A stretch of 64,000 bases of DNA from Thermoproteota archaeon (GTDB taxonomy: Archaea > Thermoproteota > Thermoprotei_A > Sulfolobales > Ignisphaeraceae), in contig JAUQPB010000001.1 in assembly GCA_030550585.1 (NCBI GenBank), positions 544,001 to 608,000 on the forward strand. Reading direction: 5' to 3'. Position numbers and translations under genes: made by a program. Positions within the stretch are counted from its first letter, which is position 1; every line of letters starts with the position of its first letter. Under the pieces are notes generated by a model. It had not been told where the DNA came from. It saw nothing but the letters and a program-made list of their open reading frames with translations, and ran no database searches. Shown here piece by piece: positions 48,598-59,010 of this stretch.

Positions 48598-49263
48598 TTG
48601 TCTACAGCGCAAAAGTTTAGGCTAACCGGAAGAGAGAGATGGAGACTCAAAAAGTGGTATAATGTCATAGCTCCAGAGTACTTTGGGTCAGTAACCATAG
48701 CCACAACGCCAGCTGACGAACCCTGGAAGTTGCTTGGCAGGAGAGTTTCTGCCACACTCTATGATTTGACTGGAGATATAACGCAAGTCCATGTGAACAT
48801 ATATTTCCAGATATGGAAGATCGAGGGAGAGAACGCATATACGATATTCAAGGGCCACGAACTTGCAAGAGACTATATAAGGAGTTTGACAAGGAGAAAA
48901 AGTAGCAGAATATCGGCAATACTCAACGTCACTACGAAAGACGGTTACGTTCTAAGATTAAATGTTATGGCTTGGACAACATACCGCTGTGGCACCAGTC
49001 AGAGACATGCAATAAGAAAGATTTTAATGGATCTATCATCGAAGATAGCATCTGAGAAAACATTTGGAGAATTCGTTGTTGGCATGGTATTCGGAGACTA
49101 CAATCAAATGCTATTTAATGAAGCAAAGAAGATATATCCCCTGAGGAAAGTAGAGTTTGCAAAGTCAAAGCTTGTAGCAGTGCCAACGCCAGAGGGGCTA
49201 AAGAAAGCTGTTATAATTCCCAAGCCAGGTGTTTTAGAGGCTCCCCATGGGACATCTCTCTAG
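48598..49263 (+). CDS. rps3ae: 30S ribosomal protein S3Ae/eS1
   Basis: KKWYNVIAPEYFG, TLYDLTGD, KKIYPLRKVE; start at TTG48598 inferred. Confidence 0.95.
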   Translation: MSTAQKFRLTGRERWRLKKWYNVIAPEYFGSVTIATTPADEPWKLLGRRVSATLYDLTGDITQVHVNIYFQIWKIEGENAYTIFKGHELARDYIRSLTRRKSSRISAILNVTTKDGYVLRLNVMAWTTYRCGTSQRHAIRKILMDLSSKIASEKTFGEFVVGMVFGDYNQMLFNEAKKIYPLRKVEFAKSKLVAVPTPEGLKKAVIIPKPGVLEAPHGTSL

Positions 49264-49308
49264 AGCTAAACTAATCACATTCTCCCCATTTTACCTTCGG
49301 TGTACGTT

Positions 49309-50559
49309 TTGATTGGCATTGTTCTAGCGGCTGGCGAAGGCAAAAGGCTAAGGCCATTAACTGAAACAAGACCCAAGGCACTGGTGCCAGTTGCTGGCAA
49401 GCCTGTAATATACTATTCTCTTGATTTGCTTGCTAGACTAGGGGTTAAAGAGATCTATGTAGTTGTTTCGTATATGAAGGAACTTGTTGTTGAAAGCGTT
49501 AAGAAAATTGCCAACGAGCTTCTAATCGATGTTAAGTTTGTTGACCAGGAGAATACTCTGGGCACAGGCCATGCCGTTAAAAAGGTTGTTGAAAAAGCTC
49601 TAGACGATGCTGTCATCGTCTATGGAGATCTATATCTAAACCCTACCAGCATATACAATTCTATGAAACCGCTCATAGAGAAGAAGATAAATACCTTAGT
49701 CGGTGTGAGAGTATCAAATATTTCCAAGTATGGAAAACTCATTGTTGAAGGTGATAGAGTCCTTGGAATAGCTGAAAAGCCCGCTGAAAGCGGTGAAGGG
49801 CTTGCCAACGCCGGTATATACTTCGCTAAATCGAATATCCTCAAACTTGTCAACGACCTGAAAACCTCGCCCAGAGGAGAGTATGAGCTAACAGATATTG
49901 TATCCATTGCTAGGAATAGAGGTGAGGAGTTCAAGTATATCACAATAGACTCTAGCGATTGGCAGGACATTGGATACCCATGGGATTTGCTAAAAGCCAA
50001 TAGACTAGCTCTCGAAAAAATGGCTGACAGAAAGATTCTTGGTGATGTATCTATCTACACAACTATAAAGGGACGTGTATACATAGGGGAGGGTGCAACA
50101 ATAAAGGGTTGCACATACATAGAGGGCCCAGCCTACATAGGCAACGACGCAACAATAGGGCCAAACGCATACATAAGGCCATATACAATAATACTTAGCA
50201 AAGCGCATATAGGATTCTCAACAGAAGTTAAAGAGAGTATAGTGATGGAAGAAACACATGCAGCACATTTAACATACATCGGGGACAGCATAATAGCTGA
50301 AAACGTTAATCTAGGAGCAGGAACAAAACTAGCCAATTTGAGATTCGACGAAAAAACGGTGAAAATGGTCATAGAAGGTATGGTAATAGATAGCGGAAGA
50401 AGGAAACTGGGAGCGGTGATAGGAGGGTACGTAAAAACAGGTATAAACGTATCTATAATGCCAGGCGTAAAGATAGGATCTCACTCAATAATATACCCAG
50501 GGGTAACAGTATATAGAGACGTCCCACCGAAAACAATAGTGAAAAAAGATTGGGTATAA
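49309..50559 (+). CDS. glmU: Bifunctional sugar-1-phosphate nucleotidylyltransferase/acetyltransferase (GlmU-like)
   Basis: LAAGEGKRLRPLT..PK, hexapeptide repeats, ANLRFD. Confidence 0.9.
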   Translation: MIGIVLAAGEGKRLRPLTETRPKALVPVAGKPVIYYSLDLLARLGVKEIYVVVSYMKELVVESVKKIANELLIDVKFVDQENTLGTGHAVKKVVEKALDDAVIVYGDLYLNPTSIYNSMKPLIEKKINTLVGVRVSNISKYGKLIVEGDRVLGIAEKPAESGEGLANAGIYFAKSNILKLVNDLKTSPRGEYELTDIVSIARNRGEEFKYITIDSSDWQDIGYPWDLLKANRLALEKMADRKILGDVSIYTTIKGRVYIGEGATIKGCTYIEGPAYIGNDATIGPNAYIRPYTIILSKAHIGFSTEVKESIVMEETHAAHLTYIGDSIIAENVNLGAGTKLANLRFDEKTVKMVIEGMVIDSGRRKLGAVIGGYVKTGINVSIMPGVKIGSHSIIYPGVTVYRDVPPKTIVKKDWV

Positions 50560-50610
50560 AGGTATAAACCAAAACAGCTTTTAACCACAACCACACAACG
50601 TTTCTATAGA

Positions 50611-50689
50611 GCGGCGGTCGTCTAGCCTGGTCTAGGACGCCGGCCTGCCAAGCCGGAGATCCCGGGTTCAAATCCCGGCCGCCGCACCA
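50611..50689 (+). tRNA. tRNA-Gly(GCC), CCA encoded
   Basis: Acceptor GCGGCGG/CCGCCGC, CCGGC-CT GCC AA-GCCGG, GGTTCAAATCC, ACCA. Confidence 0.97.
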
Positions 50690-51137
50690 AACAATTGACT
50701 TCTCACTTTAAAAGAATTTATTAGTCTTCTTGGGTTCACACAAAATTGTTTGACGTGAGCTAGTGAATAGATGGTACGCAAACTCTATAGCCTCATGGTG
50801 AACTGTTTAAACAATGGTAAATATTTCATCTTTTGTGGACTATGTCCGTAGAATCGTTAGAAAGGTTAGGTGTATACTTGGCTATAACAAGACTGTTGAA
50901 TCTCTTGGGATATCCAAGAGCTCTCTGAGCAATGACCCCCATTTCTTTGTTTTATCATCTCTTTTGATTAGCGTTTAGTTAAGGGTTTTAGCAGGTTTCT
51001 TAAAAATTGTATGTATGCGTAGATTTAATGGGAAGGGTCTGTCTATTGTTTATTTCATATTTGTAATGCGACTAAAGAAATGGTTTTTATCAAAACTTTT
51101 ATACCTACCGAATCAGAGGATCTGTAGGCATTCAAAG

Positions 51138-51902
51138 ATGAGTAAGTGGTTATATGCAATAGTAGCTGTCATAGTTATTGCAGCAATTACCTTTGCAGTC
51201 TATTACTTGTCCTTCTCAAAGCCTGCAGAAAAAGTCTTAAGAGTTGGTACCTCGCCTGATTTCCCACCTTTTGAGTTCATAAACGAGAGCAATGGGGAGA
51301 TTGTTGGCATAGACATCGATTTGATTAAGGCTATAGCCAATAAGCTTGGTTACAAGGTTCAGATTGTGAGCATGGATTTCGATGGGCTTATACCAGCTCT
51401 TGAACAGGGTCAGGTAGATGTTGTTATATCTGGTATGACTATAACTGAGGAGAGGGCTAAGAGAGTTGATTTTAGTATACCGTATTGGAAAGCCGATCAA
51501 GCTATAATAGTTGTTAAAGGATCTTCCTATAGACCATCATCTATAGAGGATCTGGCCGGCCATGCTGTTGGTGTTCAAAGTGGTACCACTGCTGAGGAGC
51601 TTCTCGACGAATATGTCAGTAAGGGGCTTAGCATAAATGTTAAGAAGTATTCTTCATATACACTAGCAGTTCAAGACCTGCTTAATGGCAGGGTTGATGC
51701 TGTAGTTGTTGATTCTCCTGTGGCTAAGGCCCTTGCAAAGAAATACAATGTTGAGGTGACAGCAACTATACAAACTGGTGAAGAGTATGGAATAGCTGTT
51801 AAAAAGGGCAACAAAGATCTTTTAGACCAGATAAACAAGGCTTTGAACGAGATTCTCAATAGCAGTGAGTGGGATGCTATAGTCTCTAAATACACGGGCT
51901 AG
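51138..51902 (+). CDS. Polar amino acid ABC transporter substrate-binding protein
   Basis: N-terminal anchor; GTSPDFPPFE, ISGMTITEER, VQSGTT. Confidence 0.93.
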   Translation: MSKWLYAIVAVIVIAAITFAVYYLSFSKPAEKVLRVGTSPDFPPFEFINESNGEIVGIDIDLIKAIANKLGYKVQIVSMDFDGLIPALEQGQVDVVISGMTITEERAKRVDFSIPYWKADQAIIVVKGSSYRPSSIEDLAGHAVGVQSGTTAEELLDEYVSKGLSINVKKYSSYTLAVQDLLNGRVDAVVVDSPVAKALAKKYNVEVTATIQTGEEYGIAVKKGNKDLLDQINKALNEILNSSEWDAIVSKYTG

Positions 51903-51909
51903 AGCCCAG

Positions 51910-52563
51910 ATGAACCTTACACAACTTTTTCAAACAATTTCATTCATAGCTTTGAAAGGCATTGCAAACACCTTTCTACTGTCTTTTGGAGCTTTTGCAC
52001 TAGGTCTCGCACTTGGCTCGCTACTCGCCTTTCTACAAGTTCTTGGGGCTGGTTTTCTAGCTAAGGTGATAGACTATGTCACAAGGATTCTCCGTAGCAT
52101 TCCACCGGTTCTAATGCTTTTTATAGTGTTCTACGGTTTTAGAATAGATAATGTTGTTGCCGCTATAGTTGGGCTTGGGATTATAAGCTCTTCATACCAG
52201 TCGCAGATTTTTAGAGGTATTATAGAAGCTGTTGCGGCGAGGCAGCTTGAGGCCGCTTTTTCAATAGGTTTTAGCAGGTGGGATGCATTTCGCAATGTTA
52301 TCTTCCCACAAGTGATATTGTTGTCTATCCCGGCTTTGCTAAACGAATTTACAACGATTCTAAAGGATTCGTCGATAGCTTATGCTATAGGGGTTGTAGA
52401 GATATTTACTGTTGCGATAAACTTGGCTAACGCTAGAATGGAGTACACCCTCCCCTTAATATCTGTGTCAATTCTATACATAATAATATGTCTTAGCATA
52501 TCATATCTAGCAAATCTAATACACAAGAAAATAGCTTTGCTAGGCTATGGTGAGTCAATATGA
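51910..52563 (+). CDS. Amino acid ABC permease
   Basis: RSIPP, EAA loop, KDSS. Confidence 0.92.
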   Translation: MNLTQLFQTISFIALKGIANTFLLSFGAFALGLALGSLLAFLQVLGAGFLAKVIDYVTRILRSIPPVLMLFIVFYGFRIDNVVAAIVGLGIISSSYQSQIFRGIIEAVAARQLEAAFSIGFSRWDAFRNVIFPQVILLSIPALLNEFTTILKDSSIAYAIGVVEIFTVAINLANARMEYTLPLISVSILYIIICLSISYLANLIHKKIALLGYGESI

Positions 52564-53324
52564 GGGTGTTGTTAGAGGCTATAGATATACACAAGTACTT
52601 TGGCAGGCAACACATTCTAAAAGGTGTTAACCTATCTGTACCTGAGGGAGAAACAATTGTAATCATAGGCCCTTCGGGCTCCGGAAAATCAACTCTTCTA
52701 AGATGTCTCAATCTTCTAATAAAGCCTGATAGGGGGAGGATAATATTCGATGGAATAGATATAACAGGCAAAGATGTAGATATCCACAAAATTAGGCAAG
52801 AGATAGGGTTTGTATTTCAGAGCTACAATCTATTCGCGCATTTAACTGCAATAGAAAATGTTATGCTAGGTCTTGTAAAGGTTAAGAAGATGGGTAGAGA
52901 GGAGGCCAAGAAAATTGCGGCCGAGGCTCTCTTGTCAGTTGGGATAACAGAAGATCTTTGGAGCAAGTACCCAGCCCAGCTATCTGGTGGCCAGCAGCAG
53001 AGGGTTGCAATAGCGAGGGCTATAGCCATGAACCCGAGGCTTCTACTCCTAGACGAGCCAACCTCTGCCCTAGACCCAGAGCTTACTGTAGAGGTTTTGA
53101 AGGTTCTTGAAAAGCTATCTGAAAAGAGAATGACGATGGTTATTGTTACCCACGAGCTCGGGTTTGCTATGAGGGTGGCAGACGAGGTTGTGTTTATGGA
53201 GGATGGCACAATAGTTGAAAGGGGCCCTCCCGAAAAGATTTTGATCAATCCTGAGAAGGAGAGGACAAGAGCCTTTGTTTCAAAGCTCATGGAGCTATAC
53301 AAGATGGAGAGGATGCATAGATGA
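52560..53324 (+). CDS. Amino acid ABC ATPase (GlnQ-like)
   Basis: GPSGSGKST, LSGGQQQR, DEPTSALDP. Confidence 0.95.
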   Translation: MRVLLEAIDIHKYFGRQHILKGVNLSVPEGETIVIIGPSGSGKSTLLRCLNLLIKPDRGRIIFDGIDITGKDVDIHKIRQEIGFVFQSYNLFAHLTAIENVMLGLVKVKKMGREEAKKIAAEALLSVGITEDLWSKYPAQLSGGQQQRVAIARAIAMNPRLLLLDEPTSALDPELTVEVLKVLEKLSEKRMTMVIVTHELGFAMRVADEVVFMEDGTIVERGPPEKILINPEKERTRAFVSKLMELYKMERMHR

Positions 53325-53998
53325 TAGAGGAAGTAATAAGGATTTTTACAAGCTATGGCCCAGAATTGCTGTCTGCTTTAATTCTAACACTTGAGGTAAC
53401 GTTCATCTCTTTTGCTATTGGCCTTGGTGGAGGGGCTCTCATAGCAATTCTAAGAGCGTCTTCACCAAAGCCAATAAAAGCATTGATAATGCTGTTAGTA
53501 GAGCTTGTGAGAGGAACTCCAATGCTTGTACAGCTCTTCTTCATATACTATGCATTACCGCAAGTTGGTGTGAAACTAGATTCGTTTACAGCAAGTGTTG
53601 TGGCAATGGGTCTAAACTCGGCTGTTTACCAGTCAGAGTATTGGAGAACAGCGATAGGCTCTATCCCAAGAACACAGTGGGAAGCTGCATACTCTCTTGG
53701 GCTAAACACCTTTGGTGTGCTGACAAATGTTGTTATGCCCCAAGCCCTTAGAATAGTCATGCCACTGCTCTCAAATGAGCTGATATACCTACTGAAATTC
53801 AGCTCTATAGCATATTTCGTTGCCTTGCCCGAGCTCGTCTACACAGGGAAGTGGATAGCCTCAAAAACATTTGCATACATAGAGATCTATGTAATTATAG
53901 CAATATTCTACATCGTTATAACATTGTTTTTAAGCGAGATACTAAACAGAATAGAAAAGAAACTGTATATACCAGGACTAGCAATAAAAAGAATATAG
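53321..53998 (+). CDS. Amino acid ABC permease
   Basis: RGTPMLVQLF, QWEAAYSLG. Confidence 0.92.
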   Translation: MIEEVIRIFTSYGPELLSALILTLEVTFISFAIGLGGGALIAILRASSPKPIKALIMLLVELVRGTPMLVQLFFIYYALPQVGVKLDSFTASVVAMGLNSAVYQSEYWRTAIGSIPRTQWEAAYSLGLNTFGVLTNVVMPQALRIVMPLLSNELIYLLKFSSIAYFVALPELVYTGKWIASKTFAYIEIYVIIAIFYIVITLFLSEILNRIEKKLYIPGLAIKRI

Positions 53999-54207
53999 GG
54001 ATATAGGGCAGTAAAAAGAGTTGGAGCCGAGATATACCCCTCCTTAAAGGTTTAAGCTATGTACCCCAATAACAAATTTAGAGAGGTGTTCAAAATCTCT
54101 TACACGAGCAGGGGTAGATACAGGACTTCGAGGAGAAACCTAGATGACCTAGTAAAGCTAGCCAAAACCGGTAAAGAGCTTATAGATCTGTATATTGAGG
54201 TGGTTGA

Positions 54208-54841
54208 GTGGAAGGGATTCCAAAGAGTATTAGCGATAAAGATGTAGAAGAGGTTGTTGAAAAACTCTATAGAGACTTTATGAAGAGGATTTTTCCAAGG
54301 CTCCAGAAGATCTCTGATGAGGGTAAAAGATATTTATTCTTTATAGCATGGCTAAACAGCGCCTTTGAGTAGATGGGGATTGGAAGAATTGTTGTTACAA
54401 GTGGGTTTGCTGTGGAGATATATACTGGAAGGGTGTATAGAACTATGGATATAGATGTAATTGTTGAGGGGGAGAAGGCAAAAGTGTGTTAGAGCTATTT
54501 TTAGAGAGGTTTTCAGAGAGGATCGGCAGAGGATATCTGCCAACCTATAAAATTCTTCAGCTAAAATCCATAGACATTGTCTCAACAGCTTACAGAAGAA
54601 AGGTTCAGCCAACAAAAATTATAGTATATAACCAGCATGTCTATCTAGACCCTATAGAAGAACTTATAGTGGCGTATCTTGTTGGATGGAAGTACTGGGG
54701 TCTACAGAGGATAGGGACAAGGCCTAATGGCTCTATGCCATGTGGAGAGATAGAATAGATCAAAGCTATCTAGATTCAAGAGCTAGAGAAGAGAATGTAG
54801 AGGACTATCTAGAGATTCTCGGAGGCATGCAAACACCATAA
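54208..54841 (+). pseudogene. Decayed nucleotidyltransferase (DUF6036-like)
   Basis: GTG54208; in-frame TAG 54370; IVVTSGFAVEIYTGRVYRTMDIDVIV NTase motif; at least two frameshifts (~54485, ~54700) and another stop. Confidence 0.75.
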
Positions 54842-54951
54842 TCAATATATTACTGCCATTATTTATTTGTGCTATGTATAAGAGTCATTAGATATGTAAA
54901 CCTTATAAGCATTTAACTGTTTACAATATTTCTATAGTGATAGGTGGGAAA

Positions 54952-56406
54952 ATGAAGAAAAAGAATGTTTTACTCATAGCGGTAGCCATCGTATTAATCG
55001 CTGTAGTAGCATCAATAGTTTACATATATTGGCCAAAGCCCGGAGGCGGTGCCTCAATCTCAGAGCAAACTCTCAAGCCTGTTTCCCTTAGAATTATGAC
55101 TACATGGAGTCAGTGGTCCGCTGACGACTTTAACAGGTACTTCTTTGCTGAAAGCGGTATGCCCAGAGCAGGTGTTGTACAACCTTCAGCAGCGATGATA
55201 TTGAATATAACAAATATAACGTTTATACGTGTTGAAGATCCCAAGATATGGCGTGAGGCAGGCCTTAATGGTAGTGTCGATGGGTTCATAGGACAGAATA
55301 GATATAATATAACCACATTGTGTAATGAGGGTGCTTTGCACCCAATACAAGATCCCAAGATACTTGAGCTCGCAAAATATATACCTGACGCACTCAAAGG
55401 CTATACAAAAGATGGGAAGCTGTGCTGGGTTGCCATATACTTTATGCCGTATGTATGGCTTGTTAATCTGGATTATGCGAAGAAAGTGGGGGTTGAAGTG
55501 CCCAGCACATGGTCTGATTTGCTAAAACCAGAGTATCTGTCTATAATTACCCAAGGTGCCTATCTTATGGCGGTTTATCCGGTTCCAAATAGAGATCCTA
55601 TGGTGAATAGCGTGAACACCATTCTTGCTAAATATGGTTGGGAGAAGGGGTGGAGCATAATAGCAGTTGTTATGGGCGCAGCTTCAAGGCTTGAAACAAG
55701 CAGTAAGGCAGCAGGAGATTCTGTAGCATTTGGAAAAGCTCTGCTAACAGTGCTGGCATTCGACTCAGCATTCACGGAGTACTCTATGTTCCCAGGCAAA
55801 CTCGACATAGTGTTCCCCAAGAACGAAACAGGCTATTGGTTTACACCCATAGCTATAGCAGCTAACATTTCCAGCGATAGACTAGACGGTATGTATAGAC
55901 TCATTAGATGGGCTCTAACAGACATGCAAGACAAGATGCTTTTCAACAGATCTGGCTGGAGCTTCAACATGCCGGTTCTAGGATTCAACAATACAAGCCC
56001 TAGAATGGCATATAAGGAAAAAGCCATACAAAACCTCTTTGTTACACCAACAGACCTAGATCTAGCCTTAGGCGAAGCAGCCCCAGCAACAACACTTTAC
56101 GCAAACATACTTGTGTCAGATAAAGATGTGAGAAACCTCCTAAAAGAGGTTGTGACAAAGATTATTGAGAAATATAAATCAAATCAGATAAGCCTTGACG
56201 ACTACTATCGATACATTGAGATGATAGGCCAGCCGCCCAAATTCAAAGATCCTTTAACAGGTAATGAAACAACATTCTCATTGGACGAAGCACGGCGGCT
56301 GGGTAATGCAATACGGAGCGGTGCTATAAAAGGAGAGGATCTTGAAAAAGAGCTGAAAAGTGCTATCATAAACAACCTCAACACCATTTTGCAAGCCCTT
56401 GGCTAG
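54952..56406 (+). CDS. ABC substrate-binding protein (Fe3+/thiamine-like cluster), orphan
   Basis: KKK+TM N-terminus; VPSTWSDLLKPEY, YGWEKGW, FPKNETGY..PIAI. Confidence 0.75.
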   Translation: MKKKNVLLIAVAIVLIAVVASIVYIYWPKPGGGASISEQTLKPVSLRIMTTWSQWSADDFNRYFFAESGMPRAGVVQPSAAMILNITNITFIRVEDPKIWREAGLNGSVDGFIGQNRYNITTLCNEGALHPIQDPKILELAKYIPDALKGYTKDGKLCWVAIYFMPYVWLVNLDYAKKVGVEVPSTWSDLLKPEYLSIITQGAYLMAVYPVPNRDPMVNSVNTILAKYGWEKGWSIIAVVMGAASRLETSSKAAGDSVAFGKALLTVLAFDSAFTEYSMFPGKLDIVFPKNETGYWFTPIAIAANISSDRLDGMYRLIRWALTDMQDKMLFNRSGWSFNMPVLGFNNTSPRMAYKEKAIQNLFVTPTDLDLALGEAAPATTLYANILVSDKDVRNLLKEVVTKIIEKYKSNQISLDDYYRYIEMIGQPPKFKDPLTGNETTFSLDEARRLGNAIRSGAIKGEDLEKELKSAIINNLNTILQALG

Positions 56407-56501
56407 AAAACTACAATCTCTACTCCAATAACACCTATTTAAACTGTAGATAAATTTTTAAACTGTCAACCTAATTTCTTTTCAGATATAAGGTGAACTA
56501 G

Positions 56502-58793
56502 GTGCCTGCAAAGATATCTAAGAAAATGAAAATGGCATATGCATTCACCCTCTTAATGTTGCTAGGAACGCTATCCACATTGGTTATTCAATCGATCCAA
56601 GCACAAGAATTGAAAAGAAGTGAAACGTTTGTCGAAGGCACTGTTGGTGCTCCAGTACTTAACTGGAACATCTTCGCGCCTGGAGGAACTGGGGGCATGG
56701 AGTGGGGCACATGGCAACTCCTATATCTGCCAGTAGCAATGCAAAACACGCTAACACAAGATTGGCTTCTACTGCTTATAGACAGAATAGTGTTTAATGG
56801 AAGTGACATGACGATAACTATTCACATAAGAGACGAGGCTAAGTGGAGCGATGGAACTCCAATAACAAGCAACGATCTAATACAAGGCTACAAGCTAAGT
56901 AGGCAGGTAGGAGCTGGTTTGTGGGGCGATTGGTGTATATACAACTATGAGATAATCGATGATAAGACATTGAAGTACTACATAGGTAGATCGCCAGGAC
57001 AGGAAGCACCACCAAGGGAAGAGGTGTCTATGGATTGGCTTGGAGGGCCCATTGGATGCATACTGTTTGTAAGACCAGTACCCGTACACGTGTTTGGACC
57101 TATTGTTGATCAGATGGGCGATAGTATGAGAGTTAATTGGAGAAACGATGACCCGTCAAAACAGGTTGTATCAGGGCCTTTCAAGCTTTACTATGCCGAT
57201 GCTACAAAGGTTATATATGAGAGGATAGATGATTGGTGGGGCAAGGACATCTTTGGGCTTCCAAAATTCAAGTATCTCGAATTCGTCTACTTCAAGGATG
57301 TGAACCTAGCCATATCTGCAATGCTTAATGGCGATGTCGATGGATTCACACTGCTTGGCGGTGTCTTTGTGCCAAATGTTGCAGATTTGATAGCCAAGGG
57401 CTTGCATGTGTGGTCCAATACAACGCCATACTTCATACCATCTGCTATATACTGGCTGTTCCTGAATTTGAATAACCCAGTTTTCAAGTCTGTTGAGGTT
57501 AGGAGAGCCATTGCATGGGCAATACCATGGGAGGATATTACCAAATACGGCTTATACAATATGGTTGAACAGGCACCTATCGTGGGATTTGTGGCCGAGG
57601 GTGCATACAAGGACTACATTAATCACACTGCATGCATGCAATTCTGGGGCAACCCAGACTGTCTAATGAAGCAGGATATAAACAAAGCGAAGCAGATACT
57701 AGATAGTGCTGGCATTGTAGACAGGGACGGTGATGGCATTAGAGAGCTCCCAGATGGAACAAAGCTAAAATTCACAATAACTGTGGTGGCAGGAGATGTA
57801 ATACAAAATAGTGTAGCCTCGCTAATAGCAGACGCTCTAAGCTCGATTGGTATACAAGCCACAGTTCAAGCGCTAGATTCCAGGGTATGGTGGAACAACT
57901 TCCAAAATGGTCAATTCGATGCAACTCTATGTTGGAGCGCGGGAGCATATGAGGTCGGCCATGTCAGAAACTCTTATGGAAATGCTCTATATCCTTCATG
58001 GGGTAACATGGCTAAGTGGATCGGGTACTCCAACGACAGGCTCAATGCATTGTTTGATGAACTGATGAGGTCTACTATCGATCCAGAGAAAGAGAAGGAG
58101 CTTGTATATGCTATCCAGGAGATATTATTTGAAGACCTGCCATCAATACCATTATACTACACACCACTATTCTGGCTATACAACACAAAATACTGGGACG
58201 GGTGGCCAAATGCAGCAAGGCCGTGGTGGATACCGTCTTGGTGGGGCTCGTTACCAATACTATTCTTCATAGTACCTGCTGGACAGCCTGTAGAAAAGCC
58301 GTGGTGGTTGAAGCAATACGATGAAGGAGGAGCACTAATATCGATGAGCAAATACAATGAATATCTTAGAAAATCCATATACGAAGGACAAAGCTTTGTT
58401 GTAGAATCGGGTAAGCCACCTACAACTACCACTCCACAAACTACCACTACTACTCCTCCGGCCACAACAACTCCTCCTGCTACAACAACATCTCCATCAC
58501 CAACAACTTCGTCTCCAACGCCAACTACGCCAACATTTCCACAAACTACCACTTCGCCAACAGCTCCAACAACTTCACCAACCGCTCCAACACAAGTAGT
58601 AACAGTCACAATTCCATACACAGTTACTGCTACTGCCACAGTCACATCAGTGGCTACAGTCACAACAACATCGGTATCAGTATCACCAACAACAACAACA
58701 GTAGAGGTGACAAACTGGACAATAACAGCAGCACTAGCAATAGCACTACTCATAGTAGGATTCGCAATCGGATGGCTCATAAAAAGAAAATAA
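56502..58793 (+). CDS. Family-5 (Opp/Dpp-type) SBP, probably oligosaccharide-binding, with Thr/Pro linker and C-terminal anchor
   Basis: AKWSDGTPITS, VVSGPFKL, VRRAIAWAI, DRDGDGIRE, LPSIPLYY; Trp-rich; TM+KRK end. Confidence 0.9.
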   Translation: MPAKISKKMKMAYAFTLLMLLGTLSTLVIQSIQAQELKRSETFVEGTVGAPVLNWNIFAPGGTGGMEWGTWQLLYLPVAMQNTLTQDWLLLLIDRIVFNGSDMTITIHIRDEAKWSDGTPITSNDLIQGYKLSRQVGAGLWGDWCIYNYEIIDDKTLKYYIGRSPGQEAPPREEVSMDWLGGPIGCILFVRPVPVHVFGPIVDQMGDSMRVNWRNDDPSKQVVSGPFKLYYADATKVIYERIDDWWGKDIFGLPKFKYLEFVYFKDVNLAISAMLNGDVDGFTLLGGVFVPNVADLIAKGLHVWSNTTPYFIPSAIYWLFLNLNNPVFKSVEVRRAIAWAIPWEDITKYGLYNMVEQAPIVGFVAEGAYKDYINHTACMQFWGNPDCLMKQDINKAKQILDSAGIVDRDGDGIRELPDGTKLKFTITVVAGDVIQNSVASLIADALSSIGIQATVQALDSRVWWNNFQNGQFDATLCWSAGAYEVGHVRNSYGNALYPSWGNMAKWIGYSNDRLNALFDELMRSTIDPEKEKELVYAIQEILFEDLPSIPLYYTPLFWLYNTKYWDGWPNAARPWWIPSWWGSLPILFFIVPAGQPVEKPWWLKQYDEGGALISMSKYNEYLRKSIYEGQSFVVESGKPPTTTTPQTTTTTPPATTTPPATTTSPSPTTSSPTPTTPTFPQTTTSPTAPTTSPTAPTQVVTVTIPYTVTATATVTSVATVTTTSVSVSPTTTTVEVTNWTITAALAIALLIVGFAIGWLIKRK
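58417..58709 (+). repeat. Thr/Pro/Val low-complexity linker
   Basis: PPATTT x2, TTSPTAP x2, ACA/ACT codon runs. Confidence 0.85.
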
Positions 58794-59010
58794 AATAAAA
58801 CAAAACACTCTTTTTTAATTATTTAACTTTATAGTTCTTTTAAAATGTCTATTCTATATAATAAACAAGAATAGAGGAACTTTTGAGGAACGAAGATTTG
58901 AAATATTTATTGCTTCACGCATAGATTGGTTTACTATAAACTTATTTACAGGTACAAACATTAGTGTTTTAGTGAGTTAGTGAAAAGAGATAATGTGGGG
59001 TATCTAAACA

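Noticed and set aside
54370-54372. In-frame TAG as pyrrolysine or readthrough
   Set aside because: The same ORF has further frameshifts and stops; decay is the simpler explanation
58157-58780. Val/Gly-rich minus-strand ORFs (also 61835-62215), or the Thr repeats as a CRISPR/tandem array
   Set aside because: Mirror of Thr/Pro linker codons; no constant repeat-spacer structure
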